In this document: one piece after another, positions 63,655-64,000 of the stretch
Numbering within the stretch: position 1 is the stretch's first letter
How the letters are laid out: every line of letters starts with the position of its first letter
Origin: Vulcanimicrobiota bacterium
Lineage (GTDB): Bacteria; Vulcanimicrobiota; Vulcanimicrobiia; Vulcanimicrobiales; Vulcanimicrobiaceae
Assembly (NCBI GenBank): GCA_963695225.1
Contig: OY968762.1
Location: 64,001-128,000 of the forward strand
Length of the DNA: 64,000 nucleotides
Direction: 5' to 3'
Program-made: the position numbers and the translations under genes
Notes under the pieces: generated by a model
Databases searched by the model: none
The model's input: only the letters and a program-made list of their open reading frames with translations
What the model was told of the DNA's origin: nothing

Positions 63655-64000
63655 TCGCGGCCGTCTGCCACGAGCAGCGCGTCTGCGTTCTGCGGACCTT
63701 CGCTTCCGGCGAGGTAGTTTGGGAAGTTCTCGGCGCGCGTCGTCGTCCAGCGCTCGAGGACCGGCATCACGGTTTGCCAGGCGAGTTCCACCGCGTCCCA
63801 ACGCGTGAAGAGCGTGGCGTCGCCGCGGATCGCGTCGGCAATGAGCCGCTCGTACGCTGGTGCCGACGCCGTCTCGAAACCGCTGTCGTAGTTGAAATCC
63901 ATCGTAACCGTGCGGATGTGCATCTTCTGGCCCGGCATCTTCGCGTTGAAGCACAACGAGACGCCCTCGTCCGGCTGGATCTTCAGCACGAGCACGTTCG
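63639..64000 (-). CDS. zwf: Glucose-6-phosphate dehydrogenase, C-terminal part (truncated by window)
   Basis: IQPDEG, AYERLIADAIRGDATLFTRWDAVE, YLAGSEGP...DGREW. Confidence 0.95.
   Translation of the reverse strand, partial: NVLVLKIQPDEGVSLCFNAKMPGQKMHIRTVTMDFNYDSGFETASAPAYERLIADAIRGDATLFTRWDAVELAWQTVMPVLERWTTTRAENFPNYLAGSEGPQNADALLVADGREWRKI

Overview
A 64 kb high-GC chromosomal window from a probable diderm bacterium (TolC and LolA-like proteins alongside Terrabacteria-type ClpC and acyl-CoA carboxylase). Vulcanimicrobiota/Ca. Eremiobacterota is my impression, not a verified assignment. Most of it is housekeeping: M3 oligopeptidase; feoA-feoB-Cys-rich protein; polar amino-acid ABC operon; beta-CASP and LOG proteins; MntA-HepT toxin-antitoxin pair; YcaQ/AlkZ glycosylase; peptidoglycan-recycling cluster (nagZ, serine hydrolase, anmK, BadF-type kinase, murQ, DUF4127-like); corA; propionyl-CoA to succinyl-CoA genes; two Liv-type ABC systems; clpC; SWIM-SNF2 helicase; WYL regulator; TetR-EmrA-EmrB-TolC efflux operon; pgl and the end of zwf. 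I saw no rRNA, tRNA, CRISPR array or intact transposase. The most unusual signal is non-coding: a ~103 nt structured element present twice (27.8 kb on +, 61.5 kb on -). Its 8 differences fall at facing positions of one hairpin, it has two GGA-capped hairpins, and each copy is closed by a different long inverted-repeat stem. One copy is tied to a 122 bp tandem duplication that breaks in a GGA loop. Other leads: clpC and the SNF2 ORF are in frame across a single TAG; a STAS-LolA-like fusion; a TetR with an IS1634-like N-terminus; an arginine-deiminase homologue lacking the catalytic Cys; an unannotated 49-aa ORF behind a DtxR-like box shared with feoA; and probable CTG/ATC start codons.
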